Part shown: piece after piece, positions 18,312 through 27,353 of the stretch | Layout of the letters: each line of letters opens with the position of its first letter | Numbering within the stretch: the stretch's first letter is position 1 | Assembly: GCA_041488455.1 (NCBI GenBank) | Contig: JBGPPG010000002.1 | Location: forward strand, 8,662 to 72,661 | DNA: 64,000 bases | Direction: 5' to 3' | Origin: Gemmatimonadota bacterium | GTDB taxonomy: Bacteria; Gemmatimonadota; Gemmatimonadetes; Gemmatimonadales; GWC2-71-9 | Notes under the pieces: generated by a model | The model's database searches: none | Told to the model about the DNA's origin: nothing | The model's input: only the letters and a program-made list of their open reading frames with translations | Program-made: the position numbers and the translations under genes

Positions 18312-18983
18312 ATGCCCCCGTACCCGTTGCCTCTCTTTCCCCTCCAGGTTGTCCTGTTCCCGGGCACGCCGCTCCCGCTGCACATCTTCGAGCCGCGCTA
18401 CCGGCAGATGCTCGCGGATTGTCTCACGGGTGAGTCGCGGTTCGGTGTCGTGGGCCCGGGACGGGACGGCGAGGCACCCGACGTGGGCGCCGTGGGCTGC
18501 GCCGCGGAGATCCAGGGCAACGAGCAGCTCCCCGACGGGCGCTCGAACATCCTGGTCGTGGGCGGCGCCCGCTTCGTGGTGCAGCGGATGCTGGATGACC
18601 CGGCGCCCTATCACGTCGGCCTGGTGGAGGAGTTCGAAGAGCGGCCGAACACGCTGCCGCCGGCAGAGCCGCTGAGCGAGGTCCGGGATCTCTTCGCGCG
18701 GTACTACGAGATCTACCGATCGCTTCAGGATGTGGAGCCCGAGCGGCCTGACCTGCCGGAGGATCCCGTTCCGCTCAGCTTCACCATCAGCGCAGCGGTG
18801 GACTGCGACCCGGACCTCAAGCGGCGGCTCCTCGCGACGCGCGCCACCGACGAGCGGGTCGCCCTTTTGATGCGCCTCATTCCCGTGCTCACCCGGTCAC
18901 TCGAGTCGGCGCTCCGGGTGCACCATCGGGCGCGCCGCAACGGGAAGGGCAACATCCACTCGGTCCTCCCGGCCGATTCATGA
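18312..18983 (+). CDS. LON peptidase N-terminal (substrate-binding) domain protein
   Basis: PLFPLQVVLFPGTPLPLHIFEPRYRQM is the typical start of a LON N-terminal domain. No ATPase or protease part. Confidence 0.85.
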   Translation: MPPYPLPLFPLQVVLFPGTPLPLHIFEPRYRQMLADCLTGESRFGVVGPGRDGEAPDVGAVGCAAEIQGNEQLPDGRSNILVVGGARFVVQRMLDDPAPYHVGLVEEFEERPNTLPPAEPLSEVRDLFARYYEIYRSLQDVEPERPDLPEDPVPLSFTISAAVDCDPDLKRRLLATRATDERVALLMRLIPVLTRSLESALRVHHRARRNGKGNIHSVLPADS

Positions 18984-20413
18984 GCCCGGCGCTGCTCGAC
19001 GCGCTGAGCGGCATCGTCGGGCCCCGCTGGGTTCGGCACCGCAAGGCGGAGCTCACGACCTACGCCATGGACGGGTTGCCCACGCACGAGTCGCTACCGG
19101 GCGCCGTCGTCATGCCGGCGAGCCGAGCGGAAGTCGTCCAGGTCGTCCGCCTGCTCCATCTCCTTCAGGTGCCCTTCGTGGCCCGCGGCGCGGGCACCGG
19201 GCTCTCAGGCGGCGCGCTCGCGGACCCCGGGACGGTGCTGCTCGTGCTCACGCGGATGAATCGCATCGTCCGGGTGGACCGAACGGCCCGGCGGGCCGTC
19301 ATCCAGCCCGGCGTAGTGAACGCGCGCCTGTCCGAGGCCGTGGCCCCGCTCGGTCTCCAGTACGTTCCCGACCCGTCGAGCCAGGCCGCCTGCACCGTCG
19401 GCGGCAACGTCGCCGAAAACGCGGGCGGCCCGCACTGCCTCAAGTACGGGGTCACCACCAACCACGTGGTAGAGCTGGAGGTGGTGCTGCCCGATGCGAG
19501 CGTGGTGCGGCTCGGGTCGCCGCAGGGTGACCCGTGGGGTCCTGACCTGGTGGGACTCTTCGTCGGCAGCGAGGGCATGTTCGGCGTCGCGACCGAGATC
19601 ACCGTGCGGCTCGAGCCGATTCCGGCCGCCGTGCGCACCATGCTGGCCGACTTCTCCAGCGTGCGCGGCGCGAGCGAGGCGGTCTCTGCGATCATCGCCT
19701 CGGGCGTGGTGCCCGCGGCGCTCGAGATGATGGACCAGGCGTGCGTGCAGGCGGTCGAGGCGTCCATCTACGCCGCCGGCTATCCCACCGACGCCGCCGC
19801 GGTGCTGCTGGCGGAGGTGGACGGGACACCGGAGCAGGTCGAGGCGGAGGCGATGCTGGTGGAGGAAATCCTGCGCGCGCGCGGGGCCCGCGGGGTGAGG
19901 AGCGCCTCGTCCCCGGCCGATCGCGCCCGCCTCTGGCAGGGCCGCAAGAAGGCCTTCGGCGCGATGGGCCGCATCGCCCCCGATCTCGCGGTGCAGGACG
20001 CCGTGGTGCCCCGCTCCGCGCTGCCCGACATCCTCGACCGGATCGCCGAGATCCGCGGGCGGCACGCGCTCTCGATCAGCAACGTCTTCCACGCCGGCGA
20101 CGGAAACCTGCACCCGAACATCAGCTTCGACCGGCGCGATCCGGCGCTGGCCGCGCGCGTGCGCGAGGCGAGCCGGGAGATCATGGCGGTGTGCGTCGCC
20201 GCGGGCGGCAGCATCACCGGCGAGCACGGAGTGGGCAACGACAAGATGGGATACATGCCCTGGATCTTCGATGCCGAGACGCTCGGCGCCATGCAGGCAG
20301 TGCGCCGCGTGTTCGATCCGGACGAGCGCTGCAATCCGGGCAAGATGCTGCCAGAGCGGTCTTGCCGCGAATGGCGCGCCGCATCCGGAGCGCGGCGACA
20401 GGAGGCACCGTGA
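18980..20413 (+). CDS. glcD: glycolate oxidase subunit GlcD (FAD-linked oxidase)
   Basis: FAD-binding PCMH domain (VARGAGTGLSGGA). C-terminal FAD-oxidase domain (GEHGVGNDKMGYM). Followed by glcE and glcF. Confidence 0.88.
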   Translation: MSPALLDALSGIVGPRWVRHRKAELTTYAMDGLPTHESLPGAVVMPASRAEVVQVVRLLHLLQVPFVARGAGTGLSGGALADPGTVLLVLTRMNRIVRVDRTARRAVIQPGVVNARLSEAVAPLGLQYVPDPSSQAACTVGGNVAENAGGPHCLKYGVTTNHVVELEVVLPDASVVRLGSPQGDPWGPDLVGLFVGSEGMFGVATEITVRLEPIPAAVRTMLADFSSVRGASEAVSAIIASGVVPAALEMMDQACVQAVEASIYAAGYPTDAAAVLLAEVDGTPEQVEAEAMLVEEILRARGARGVRSASSPADRARLWQGRKKAFGAMGRIAPDLAVQDAVVPRSALPDILDRIAEIRGRHALSISNVFHAGDGNLHPNISFDRRDPALAARVREASREIMAVCVAAGGSITGEHGVGNDKMGYMPWIFDAETLGAMQAVRRVFDPDERCNPGKMLPERSCREWRAASGARRQEAP

Positions 20414-21615
20414 TCTTCGCCCGCCTGCGCGCGTTGCTCGGGCCCGCGGCCGTGGATCGCGACTCCGACAACGTTCCCCGCGTGACCCCCGACTCCACCG
20501 ATGCGCTGGCGCTGGTCTGCCGGCTCGCCTACGACGAGGGCTGGAAGATCCGGGTCGAGGGGCTCGCCTCCTGGCTCCCGGCCGACGCCCCGGCGGACCT
20601 GGCCGTGAGCACCCGGGCCCTGGACGAAATCGTCTCGGTAAATCCCGCCGACCTCGTGGCCACGGTGCAGGCCGGCGCGCCCATGGACGCCATCCGCCGG
20701 CGACTGGCCGAGCACGGCATGTGGCTCGCCGTGGACCCGCCTGGGCGGCCGGAGCGCACGCTGGGCTCGGTGATCGCGACCGGCACCAGCGGCCCGCTCC
20801 GGCACGGATTCGGCCCCGTTCGCGATCACATCCTGGGCTGCACGGTGGTAACCGGCGACGGGCGGATCGTGAAGCCGGGCGCCCGGGTCGTGAAGAACGT
20901 CGCCGGGTACGATTTGACCAAGCTGCACGTGGGGAGCTTCGGGGGTTTCGGCATCCTCACCGAGGCCCACCTGCGCCTCCGGGCGGCGCCGCGAGCGGAC
21001 GTCACGCTCGTCTGCCGCGGCAGCCGGGACGCACTCACCGCGGCCGCGCGTGACCTCCTCGAGGCGCACGCCGCGCCGGCAGCCCTGGAGCTCGTGTCTC
21101 CGGCCCTCGCGAGCGAGTCGGAGTGGGTGCTCGCCGCGCGGTTCCTCGGCGTGGACGCCGCGGTGCAGGGAGACGTGCGCCGCCTGCCGGCGGAGACTGA
21201 CGCGGTGTGGGAGCAGCTCCCGGCGGACCGGACCGCCGCCTTCTGGGCGCTCCTGGCGCGCGGCAGCCTGAGCGGGCCGATCACGTTCCGGCTCGGCGTG
21301 CTGGCCTACGGACTGGACGACACCCTCGACCTTCTCGCCCACGATCTCGACGACGGCATCATCGCGGCCGGTGCCGGCAGCGGGTCGCTCCGCTGGACTG
21401 GCGACGGGCCGATCGAGCGCCTGCGTGCAGTGCGCCGCGCCGCCGCCGCGCGAGAGATCCCCATGACCCTGGAGCGCGCGCCCTGGGCGGTCCGCCGGAC
21501 GCTGGGCCACTTCGGCGCGTACCGCGAGGGCCTCGGCCCGCTGGTGGACCGCCTGCGCGACACGTTCGATCCCAAACAGGCGTTGAGCGTGGCGCTGGAG
21601 GGCAGTGAGAAGTGA
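20410..21615 (+). CDS. glcE: glycolate oxidase FAD-binding subunit GlcE
   Basis: GTG start in a GTGA overlap with the glcD stop, with GGAGG 5 nt upstream. FAD-binding domain (KNVAGYDLTKLHVGSFG). The upstream part of track ORF 19741..21615 is an artefact. Confidence 0.82.
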   Translation: MIFARLRALLGPAAVDRDSDNVPRVTPDSTDALALVCRLAYDEGWKIRVEGLASWLPADAPADLAVSTRALDEIVSVNPADLVATVQAGAPMDAIRRRLAEHGMWLAVDPPGRPERTLGSVIATGTSGPLRHGFGPVRDHILGCTVVTGDGRIVKPGARVVKNVAGYDLTKLHVGSFGGFGILTEAHLRLRAAPRADVTLVCRGSRDALTAAARDLLEAHAAPAALELVSPALASESEWVLAARFLGVDAAVQGDVRRLPAETDAVWEQLPADRTAAFWALLARGSLSGPITFRLGVLAYGLDDTLDLLAHDLDDGIIAAGAGSGSLRWTGDGPIERLRAVRRAAAAREIPMTLERAPWAVRRTLGHFGAYREGLGPLVDRLRDTFDPKQALSVALEGSEK

Positions 21616-21632
21616 GAGGTGAGAACTGAGAG
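21605..21632 (+). repeat. heptamer array, GTGAGAA flavour, single arm (4 units)
   Basis: GTGAGAA GTGAGAG GTGAGAA CTGAGAG followed by GGGG. It contains the glcE stop codon (TGA 21613-21615) and ends 8 nt before the glcF start. Confidence 0.8.
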
Positions 21633-21640
21633 GGGCGGCG

Positions 21641-22918
21641 GTGGCTGAGATTGCGTCGGGCTACGACGCGCTGGACCCGTGCGTCCATTGCGGCTTCTGT
21701 CTGCCCGCCTGCCCGACTTACCTGGCCACGGGTGACGAGGCGGACAGCCCGCGCGGGCGCATCGTGCTCATGCGGGCGCTGGAGCGCGGGGAGCTCGACG
21801 CCGAGGACGACGGACTGGTCTCGCACCTGGACGCGTGTCTGGGGTGCCGCGGCTGCGAGCCGGTCTGCCCCTCGGGCGTCGGCTACGGCCGCGGGCTCGA
21901 GGCGGCACGTGAGCAGTTGTTCCGGACCCGCGGGCTCCCCGCGCTTGCCCGTCTCGGGCTTGGCGTCTTCCGGAGCCGGGCACTTTGGCGGGCGCTCTTC
22001 GGTGCGGGCTGGCTGCTCCGCGAGACCGGCATCCCCGCCCGGCTCGCAGGCGAGAGCGGCTTCGGCTTCACCATGGCGATGCTGGCGGCAACGGGGGACG
22101 GGCGGCATCGGCGGGCCCGAGCGGCGGCGACGGGGGCTTCGAAGGGCGCGTCAGTGCGCGGCAGCCCTATGGCTCCGTCAGTCGTCCTCTTTCGCGGCTG
22201 CGTGATGCAAGGACTGTTCGCCCACGTGCACGACGCCACCCGGCGCACGCTGGAGGCCAACGGCTATGAGGTGCGCGAGGCGGAGGGGCAGGCCTGCTGC
22301 GGCGCGCTGCACGAGCATGCAGGGGACCGCGCGGGCGCGGCCGCGCTCGCGGTGCGCAACGTGGCCAGCCTCCTCGACGCAGCCGATTGGATCGTCGTGA
22401 ACAGCGCCGGGTGCGGCGCGCTGCTCAAGGACTACGGCCACCTCCTCGGCACCGACGCCGGCACCCGGTTCGGGGCCAAGGTGCGCGACGTCTCCGAGCT
22501 GCTGGCCGAGCGGGGACCGAGGCCGGGGGGACCGCTTCCGCTCGAGGTGGCCTACGACGCGCCCTGCCATCTCCAGCACGCGCAGCGGGTGCAGGCCGCA
22601 CCGCTCGCGGTCCTCGGCGCGATCCCCGGCCTCCGGCTCCGACTGCTTCCAGGGTCGGATCGGTGCTGCGGCGGCGCGGGCATCTATTCGCTGCTTCACC
22701 CCGGGCTCGCGCGCTCGGTGCTCGACGACAAGCTTCGCGCCTTCCGCGCCGCCGAGCCCGCGCTCGACGCAGTGACCACCGGCAACCCCGGCTGTCTGAT
22801 GCAGATCGGCGCGGGGCTCCGAGCTTCAGGACTCGGAATCCCCGCGGTGCATCCGGTGGAGCTGCTCGACCGATCGTACGCAGCCGGAGGCGTGTACAAG
22901 GAACTGCGCGAACAGTAA
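21641..22918 (+). CDS. glcF: glycolate oxidase iron-sulfur subunit GlcF
   Basis: Two 4Fe-4S motifs (CVHCGFCLPACP, CLGCRGCEPVCP) and C-terminal CCG domains (NSAGCGALL, GNPGCLMQI). Confidence 0.9.
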   Translation: MAEIASGYDALDPCVHCGFCLPACPTYLATGDEADSPRGRIVLMRALERGELDAEDDGLVSHLDACLGCRGCEPVCPSGVGYGRGLEAAREQLFRTRGLPALARLGLGVFRSRALWRALFGAGWLLRETGIPARLAGESGFGFTMAMLAATGDGRHRRARAAATGASKGASVRGSPMAPSVVLFRGCVMQGLFAHVHDATRRTLEANGYEVREAEGQACCGALHEHAGDRAGAAALAVRNVASLLDAADWIVVNSAGCGALLKDYGHLLGTDAGTRFGAKVRDVSELLAERGPRPGGPLPLEVAYDAPCHLQHAQRVQAAPLAVLGAIPGLRLRLLPGSDRCCGGAGIYSLLHPGLARSVLDDKLRAFRAAEPALDAVTTGNPGCLMQIGAGLRASGLGIPAVHPVELLDRSYAAGGVYKELREQ

Positions 22919-22991
22919 GAGGTGAACAGTGAACAGGGGGTTGGGCGCGGTAGGGAGCCGCCCCGTTTACTGTTCACTGCTCACTGTTCAC
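22908..22991. repeat. heptamer-array hairpin element, GTGAACA flavour
   Basis: Left arm: GCGAACA GTAAGAG GTGAACA GTGAACA GGGGG. A 20-nt centre. Right arm: CCCCG TTTAC TGTTCAC TGCTCAC TGTTCAC. The glcF stop TAA (22916-22918) lies inside the second unit. Confidence 0.85.
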
Positions 22992-23001
22992 GTTTCTTGC
23001 C

Positions 23002-23670
23002 ATGACCCGGGCCATCCTCTTCGACTTCAACGGCGTCATCATCGACGACGAGCCGCAACACTGCGAGGCGCTCACCGCGACACTTGCCGAGTACGATATC
23101 CCGCTCGACCGGGAGGCGTACTACCGCGAGTATCTCGGGTTCGACGATCGCGAGTGCTTCCGGTTCACCTTCGAGCGGCACGGCCGGCCGACGGACGCCG
23201 CGGCGCTCTCCGAGGCGATCGAGCGGAAGGCGCGTCACTATGCCTCGGCGATCCACTGCTCGATGACGCTGGTCCCCGGGGCTGCGGAGTTCGTCCGCGC
23301 GGCCGCGGCGGACGGCCTCGCGCTCGCGGTGGTGTCGGGCGCGCTCCGGCGGGAGATCGAACTGGTGCTCGACGCGGCGGGGCTGCGGCCGCACTTCGGC
23401 GTGGTGATCGCCGCGGAGGACGTGTCCGCCTGCAAGCCGGACCCACAGGGGTACACGCGCGCCCGCCGGGAGCTGGGACTCGAGCCCGGGCGCTGCGTGG
23501 TGGTCGAGGACTCGCTCCCGGGGCTGGCGGCTGCGCGGGCGGCGGGACTCCGCTGCGCCGTGCTGACGACGTCCCACCCGGCCGACGCGCTCGGGGCCGC
23601 GGACGCGGTGTGGCCCGACCTCGCCGGGCGCAAACCATCCGACTTGCCGTGGGCCGATGCCGCCGCGTGA
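23002..23670 (+). CDS. HAD superfamily hydrolase (beta-phosphoglucomutase/phosphatase-like, subfamily IA)
   Basis: Motif I in AILFDFNGVIIDDE. Downstream HAD motifs (VVSGA..., VVVEDSLPGLAAARAAG). Confidence 0.82.
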   Translation: MTRAILFDFNGVIIDDEPQHCEALTATLAEYDIPLDREAYYREYLGFDDRECFRFTFERHGRPTDAAALSEAIERKARHYASAIHCSMTLVPGAAEFVRAAAADGLALAVVSGALRREIELVLDAAGLRPHFGVVIAAEDVSACKPDPQGYTRARRELGLEPGRCVVVEDSLPGLAAARAAGLRCAVLTTSHPADALGAADAVWPDLAGRKPSDLPWADAAA

Positions 23671-24646
23671 GCTGCCGTACGATCGCGCGCGGCTCGACCG
23701 TCTGCGTCGCGGCGCCGTGATCGTCGTCGGCGAGCCGGCGGTCTTCTGGGTCGACGGACCGGCCGCGCTTACCTGCCTCCAGGGCCTCCTCACCAACGAT
23801 CTGGACAAGCCGGGCGAGCACAGCCTGATCTACGGCGCGCTCCTCACGCCCAAGGGCGCGATCGTAGTGGACTATTGGGTCTTCCGCGAGCCGGAGCGGT
23901 TCGCGCTGGTGGCCCCGATCGAGGGGCGGCTTGCATCCCACGAGCTGTTCCGCCGGCAGGTGCCGCCACGGCTCGCCCGCATCGCGGACGCGACCGGCCA
24001 GGTGGAGGTCGCGTGGCTGCTGGGGTCGCAGGCGTTCGCCGCGCTCGCGCGCTCGCCCATCCAGCCCATCCCCGATGCCGCCGGTCGCACGGCGACGCTC
24101 GAGTATCCCGAGGGCCGCCTGCTGCTCGGCCTCGCACCGGAGACGGCGCCGTTCGCGGCGGTGGCCCTCGGGCCGCGCGGCGGGATCCGCCAGTTCGCCG
24201 CGGCGCTGGCGGCGGTGGGGGTCGAGCCTGGGACGCCGGAGGACGCGGAGGCCGCCCGGATCCTGGCCGGCTGGCCGGCCCTGGGCGCGGAGATCGACGA
24301 GCGGACGCTCCCGCAGGAAGTCCGCTTCGACCAGCTGGGAGGCGTCTCCTATACCAAGGGCTGCTATGTGGGGCAGGAGACCGTGGCGCGGCTCCACTTC
24401 CGCGGGCACACCAACCGCGAGCTACGGGGCCTCGTGTGGCGAAGCCCGGCGCCGCTCGAGGGCGACGCGGTCACGGCGTCGGGACGCGCGGTCGGAAGCG
24501 TGCGCTCCACGCTCGTGCTCGACGACCGGCTGCTGGGACTCTCGCCCATTCGCCGGGAGGTGGGCCTGGGCGCCGAGGTCGAGGCGGGCGGGCGGGCGGC
24601 GCGGGTGGTCGCATTGCCCTTCGCGGCGGAGGATCTCGACGGCTGA
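23657..24646 (+). CDS. ygfZ: folate-binding protein YgfZ (GcvT-like fold)
   Basis: GcvT-like N-terminal part and the YgfZ signature KGCYVGQETVARLHFRG. The start is uncertain (14-nt overlap with the HAD gene). Confidence 0.8.
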   Translation: MPPRELPYDRARLDRLRRGAVIVVGEPAVFWVDGPAALTCLQGLLTNDLDKPGEHSLIYGALLTPKGAIVVDYWVFREPERFALVAPIEGRLASHELFRRQVPPRLARIADATGQVEVAWLLGSQAFAALARSPIQPIPDAAGRTATLEYPEGRLLLGLAPETAPFAAVALGPRGGIRQFAAALAAVGVEPGTPEDAEAARILAGWPALGAEIDERTLPQEVRFDQLGGVSYTKGCYVGQETVARLHFRGHTNRELRGLVWRSPAPLEGDAVTASGRAVGSVRSTLVLDDRLLGLSPIRREVGLGAEVEAGGRAARVVALPFAAEDLDG

Positions 24647-24660
24647 GGGGCGGAAACGAC

Positions 24661-24693
24661 CGAGCCCCGGTAGAGCGTGCTCCCCGGGGCTCG
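24661..24693. terminator. bidirectional hairpin between convergent ygfZ and the small lipoprotein gene
   Basis: Perfect 10-bp inverted repeat CGAGCCCCGG (24661-24670) / CCGGGGCTCG (24684-24693) with a 13-nt loop. No clear U-tract. Confidence 0.45.
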
Positions 24694-24724
24694 CGGCGAC
24701 AGTGCGACGATCGCGCTTGCGCGC

Positions 24725-24904
24725 TTACATCTTCTTGCTGGTGTCCCGCGCCATGGTGCTGTCGTGATGCATCATCGTGCTGTCCATGCCGCCGGCGGCG
24801 GGTGCGGCGGCCGGCGCTTCGGACGAAGCCGGGGCCTCCGCTTTCTTCTCGCCTGCACAGGCCATAACCGCGAGCGCCGCGGCCAGGCAAAGTGTCTTCA
24901 TCAT
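24725..24904 (-). CDS. small lipoprotein with His/Met-rich C-terminus (59 aa)
   Basis: MMKTLCLAAALAVMACAG (signal peptide plus lipobox). AAGGAG lies 6 nt upstream of the ATGATG. C-terminus GGMDSTMMHHDSTMARDTSKKM. The longer 82-aa track form was not preferred. Confidence 0.6.
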   Translation of the reverse strand: MMKTLCLAAALAVMACAGEKKAEAPASSEAPAAAPAAGGMDSTMMHHDSTMARDTSKKM

Positions 24905-24983
24905 GTGTTGCTCCTTCGAGGGGTTGGGTGTCCAGTAAAATGTAGCGCGCATGCCGTCACTGTCGTCCGGCATACGGCGTGCG

Positions 24984-25011
24984 AAGGTAAGGCGCTATCG
25001 GCGTTTGTCAA
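24984..25011 (-). promoter_or_regulatory. sigma70-type promoter candidate for the small lipoprotein gene
   Basis: Minus strand: TTGACA (25011-25006), 16-nt spacer, TACCTT (24989-24984). Confidence 0.35.
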
Positions 25012-25148
25012 GCCGCCGTGGGGGGCCGATTTAGCAATGTCGGGTGCGGCCCTGGCCCTGCCGGACTTGCCCCGGCGGCCCCATACGGCCACGTTCCGCC
25101 AAGAGGAACCCCGGCGCGGTGCCGGGGCCTCCGAGTCGAGGTAACTTC

Positions 25149-26624
25149 GTGAAATCGCACAGCATCGAGCCCCGGACCTTCGGGGAGCTCCGCAACAGTC
25201 CCTGGGCCGATCCCCCCCTCCGCGGGCGCACAGTCCGGGACGAAATCCGCGCCAATCTTGTAACCCGGCTCACGGCCGGAGAGGAGCTGTTCCCCGGCAT
25301 CGTCGGCTACGAGGACACCATCCTCCCCCAGCTCGTGAACGCGCTCCTGGCGCGGCATCACTTCATCCTGCTGGGCCTGCGCGGGCAGGCGAAAAGCCGG
25401 ATCCTGCGCCAGCTGGTGTCCCTCCTCGACGAGCGCGTTCCGATCGTGGCGGGTAGCGAGGTGAACGATGACCCGTTCGCGCCCATCTCCAAGTACGCCC
25501 GGGACCGCCTTGGCGAGTGCGGCGACGCGACGGCGATCGGATGGCTCGATCGCTCGCAGCGCTACGTCGAGAAGCTCGCCACGCCCGACGTGACCATCGC
25601 CGACATCATCGGGGACGTGGATCCTATCAAGGCCGCGCGCGGCGGGCATCTGCTCTCCGACGAGCTGACCATGCACTTCGGGCTCCTGCCCCGCGCCAAT
25701 CGCGGCATCTTCGCGATCAACGAGCTGCCGGATTTGAGCGGCAAGGTGCAGGTCGGCCTGTTCAACATCATGCAGGAAGGTGACGTCCAGATCAAAGGCT
25801 ATCCGGTGCGTCTCCCGCTCGACGTGCTGCTCGCGTTCACGGCCAACCCCGAGGACTACACCGCGCGCGGCAAGATCATCACCCCGCTGAAAGACCGCAT
25901 CGGATCCGAGGTGATCACCCATTACCCCCGCACCGTGCAGCTCGGCATGGAGATCACGGCGCAGGAGGCGTGGACCCGGCGGGACGGGCCGGAGGTGGAC
26001 GTACCCGACTTCATCCTGGAGCTGGTCGAGCGCGTGGCCTTCGAGGCCCGCGAGGACAAGCGGGTCGACCGCCGCTCCGGCGTGAGTCAACGGCTCCCGA
26101 TCAGCGTGCTGGAGAGCGTCGTCTCGAACGCGGAGCGCCGGGCGATCGCGCTGGGCGAGCGGCGCGCCGTGCCCCGCGTCAGCGACGTCTACGCCGCCAC
26201 ATCCGCTATCACCGGCAAGCTCGAGCTCGAGTATGAGGGTGAGCTCCAGGGTGGGGACGCCATTGCCCGCGAGCTGATCCGCCGCGCCGCCGGGCGCGTG
26301 CTCGATGAGCGGGCCGGCGGCGCCGACCTCAGCCGGATCGTCGCCTGGTTCGATCAGGGCGGCGCGCTCAAGATCTCGGGTGACGAGCGCGCCGAGGTCT
26401 GCGTGAAGGGATTCGGCGTGGTGCCCGGGCTCGTGGACGTCGTGAGCGACGTCGGCCTGGCACCGCGCGGCGACGCCGGCTACGGCGTGGCCGCATGTGA
26501 GCTGGTGCTGGAGGGCCTCGCGGCCCAGAAGCGCATCAGCCGGAGCGAGGAGTTGGGCTACACCCGGGCAAAGCCGGAGAGACGGGATCCGGGGTACGGG
26601 AAAGGTGGGATTTCCTTCGGGTAA
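25149..26624 (+). CDS. AAA+ ATPase of the ChlI/MoxR-like (Mg-chelatase-like) group, partner of a vWA protein
   Basis: Walker A-like LLGLRGQAKS. Walker B region GIFAINELPDL. Start assigned to GTG 25149, with GAGG about 8 nt upstream (the track ORF begins at 25044). A vWA/MIDAS protein is encoded nearby on the same strand. Confidence 0.72.
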   Translation: MKSHSIEPRTFGELRNSPWADPPLRGRTVRDEIRANLVTRLTAGEELFPGIVGYEDTILPQLVNALLARHHFILLGLRGQAKSRILRQLVSLLDERVPIVAGSEVNDDPFAPISKYARDRLGECGDATAIGWLDRSQRYVEKLATPDVTIADIIGDVDPIKAARGGHLLSDELTMHFGLLPRANRGIFAINELPDLSGKVQVGLFNIMQEGDVQIKGYPVRLPLDVLLAFTANPEDYTARGKIITPLKDRIGSEVITHYPRTVQLGMEITAQEAWTRRDGPEVDVPDFILELVERVAFEAREDKRVDRRSGVSQRLPISVLESVVSNAERRAIALGERRAVPRVSDVYAATSAITGKLELEYEGELQGGDAIARELIRRAAGRVLDERAGGADLSRIVAWFDQGGALKISGDERAEVCVKGFGVVPGLVDVVSDVGLAPRGDAGYGVAACELVLEGLAAQKRISRSEELGYTRAKPERRDPGYGKGGISFG

Positions 26625-26722
26625 GCAGTGAACGGTGAGCAGTGAACGGGGAACTCCGCGTTGCACGGAGTCCCCCGTTTACGGTTTACTGTTTACCGTT
26701 CACTTCACTGTTCACCGTTTGC
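26621..26722. repeat. heptamer-array hairpin element, GTGAACA flavour, exactly filling a convergent intergenic gap
   Basis: Left arm: GTAAGCA GTGAACG GTGAGCA GTGAACG. Central hairpin: GGGGAACTCCG-CGTTGCA-CGGAGTCCCCC. Right arm: seven TGTTCAC-type units to 26722. The TAA stop (26622-26624) is inside unit 1. The opposite gene's stop is at 26723-26725. Confidence 0.88.
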
Positions 26723-27346
26723 CTACTTCCATCCCCTCCTCCTCGCCTCGCCGACGATCAGCTCTGCCGCCCCGTCGTACCCCAGCCGCTCGGTGTTGAG
26801 CACGATGTGATACCCCACGGGATCGGCCCAGTCGCGGGAGTAGTGCTCTCGGTGGTACCGCTCCCGCTGGGCGTCCGTCTGCAGCGTCACCCGTTCGGCT
26901 TCCTTGAAATCGAGCCCCAGCCGCTCCGCCGTGACCTTGATCCGAAAGCCTTTCGACGCGACCAGCTTCACATGCAGTGCGTCCCGCTCCCGTGCCAGCA
27001 CCGCCGGTGCCGCCCGGCCGACCAGCACCACCCGTCCCGCCCGCGCCGCTTCCTCGACCACCGCCTCGGTGATCCGCACCAGGGTGGCCTCGGACAGCTC
27101 CGGCACCGTGCCCGTGGCCGGGGGAAAGAGCTCCGGCGTGGACGTGGCGAGCACCCGCGCGAGCCGCTCGATGAAGCTCGGCGTCCGTTCCTCGATGCCG
27201 GCCATTTCCTCCGCCGAGATCCCGGTACGCGCCGCGACCCGCTCGAGCAGCTCGTTGTCCACCAGCCGCCACCCGAGCGCGTCGGCCACGCGCCCCGCGA
27301 CCTCAGAGCCGCCGGCGCCGTACTGGCGGGAGACGGTGATCAGCAT
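26723..27346 (-). CDS. cytidylate kinase-like family protein (P-loop NTPase)
   Basis: N-terminus MLITVSRQYGAGGSEVAGRVADALGW is typical of the cytidylate-kinase-like family. 207 aa. Confidence 0.8.
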   Translation of the reverse strand: MLITVSRQYGAGGSEVAGRVADALGWRLVDNELLERVAARTGISAEEMAGIEERTPSFIERLARVLATSTPELFPPATGTVPELSEATLVRITEAVVEEAARAGRVVLVGRAAPAVLARERDALHVKLVASKGFRIKVTAERLGLDFKEAERVTLQTDAQRERYHREHYSRDWADPVGYHIVLNTERLGYDGAAELIVGEARRRGWK

Positions 27347-27353
27347 GGTCCGC

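Noticed and set aside
19780-21510. 576-aa minus-strand ORF antisense to glcD/glcE (similar cases: 23165..24409, 25008..26666, 40694..42178, 42235..43584, 45754..47556, 48828..50108, 50902..52365, 52542..53705, 56490..57785, 60684..62279, 62342..63430)
   Set aside because: All lie opposite well-supported genes and have R/G/A/P/E-biased low-complexity translations without motifs. High GC suppresses stop codons on the antisense strand.
24725-24973. 82-aa long form of the small lipoprotein starting MPDDSDG
   Set aside because: A 23-residue acidic extension before a signal peptide is atypical, and AAGGAG is correctly spaced for the internal ATGATG. The long form cannot be fully excluded, because the promoter candidate would place a TSS near ATG 24973.
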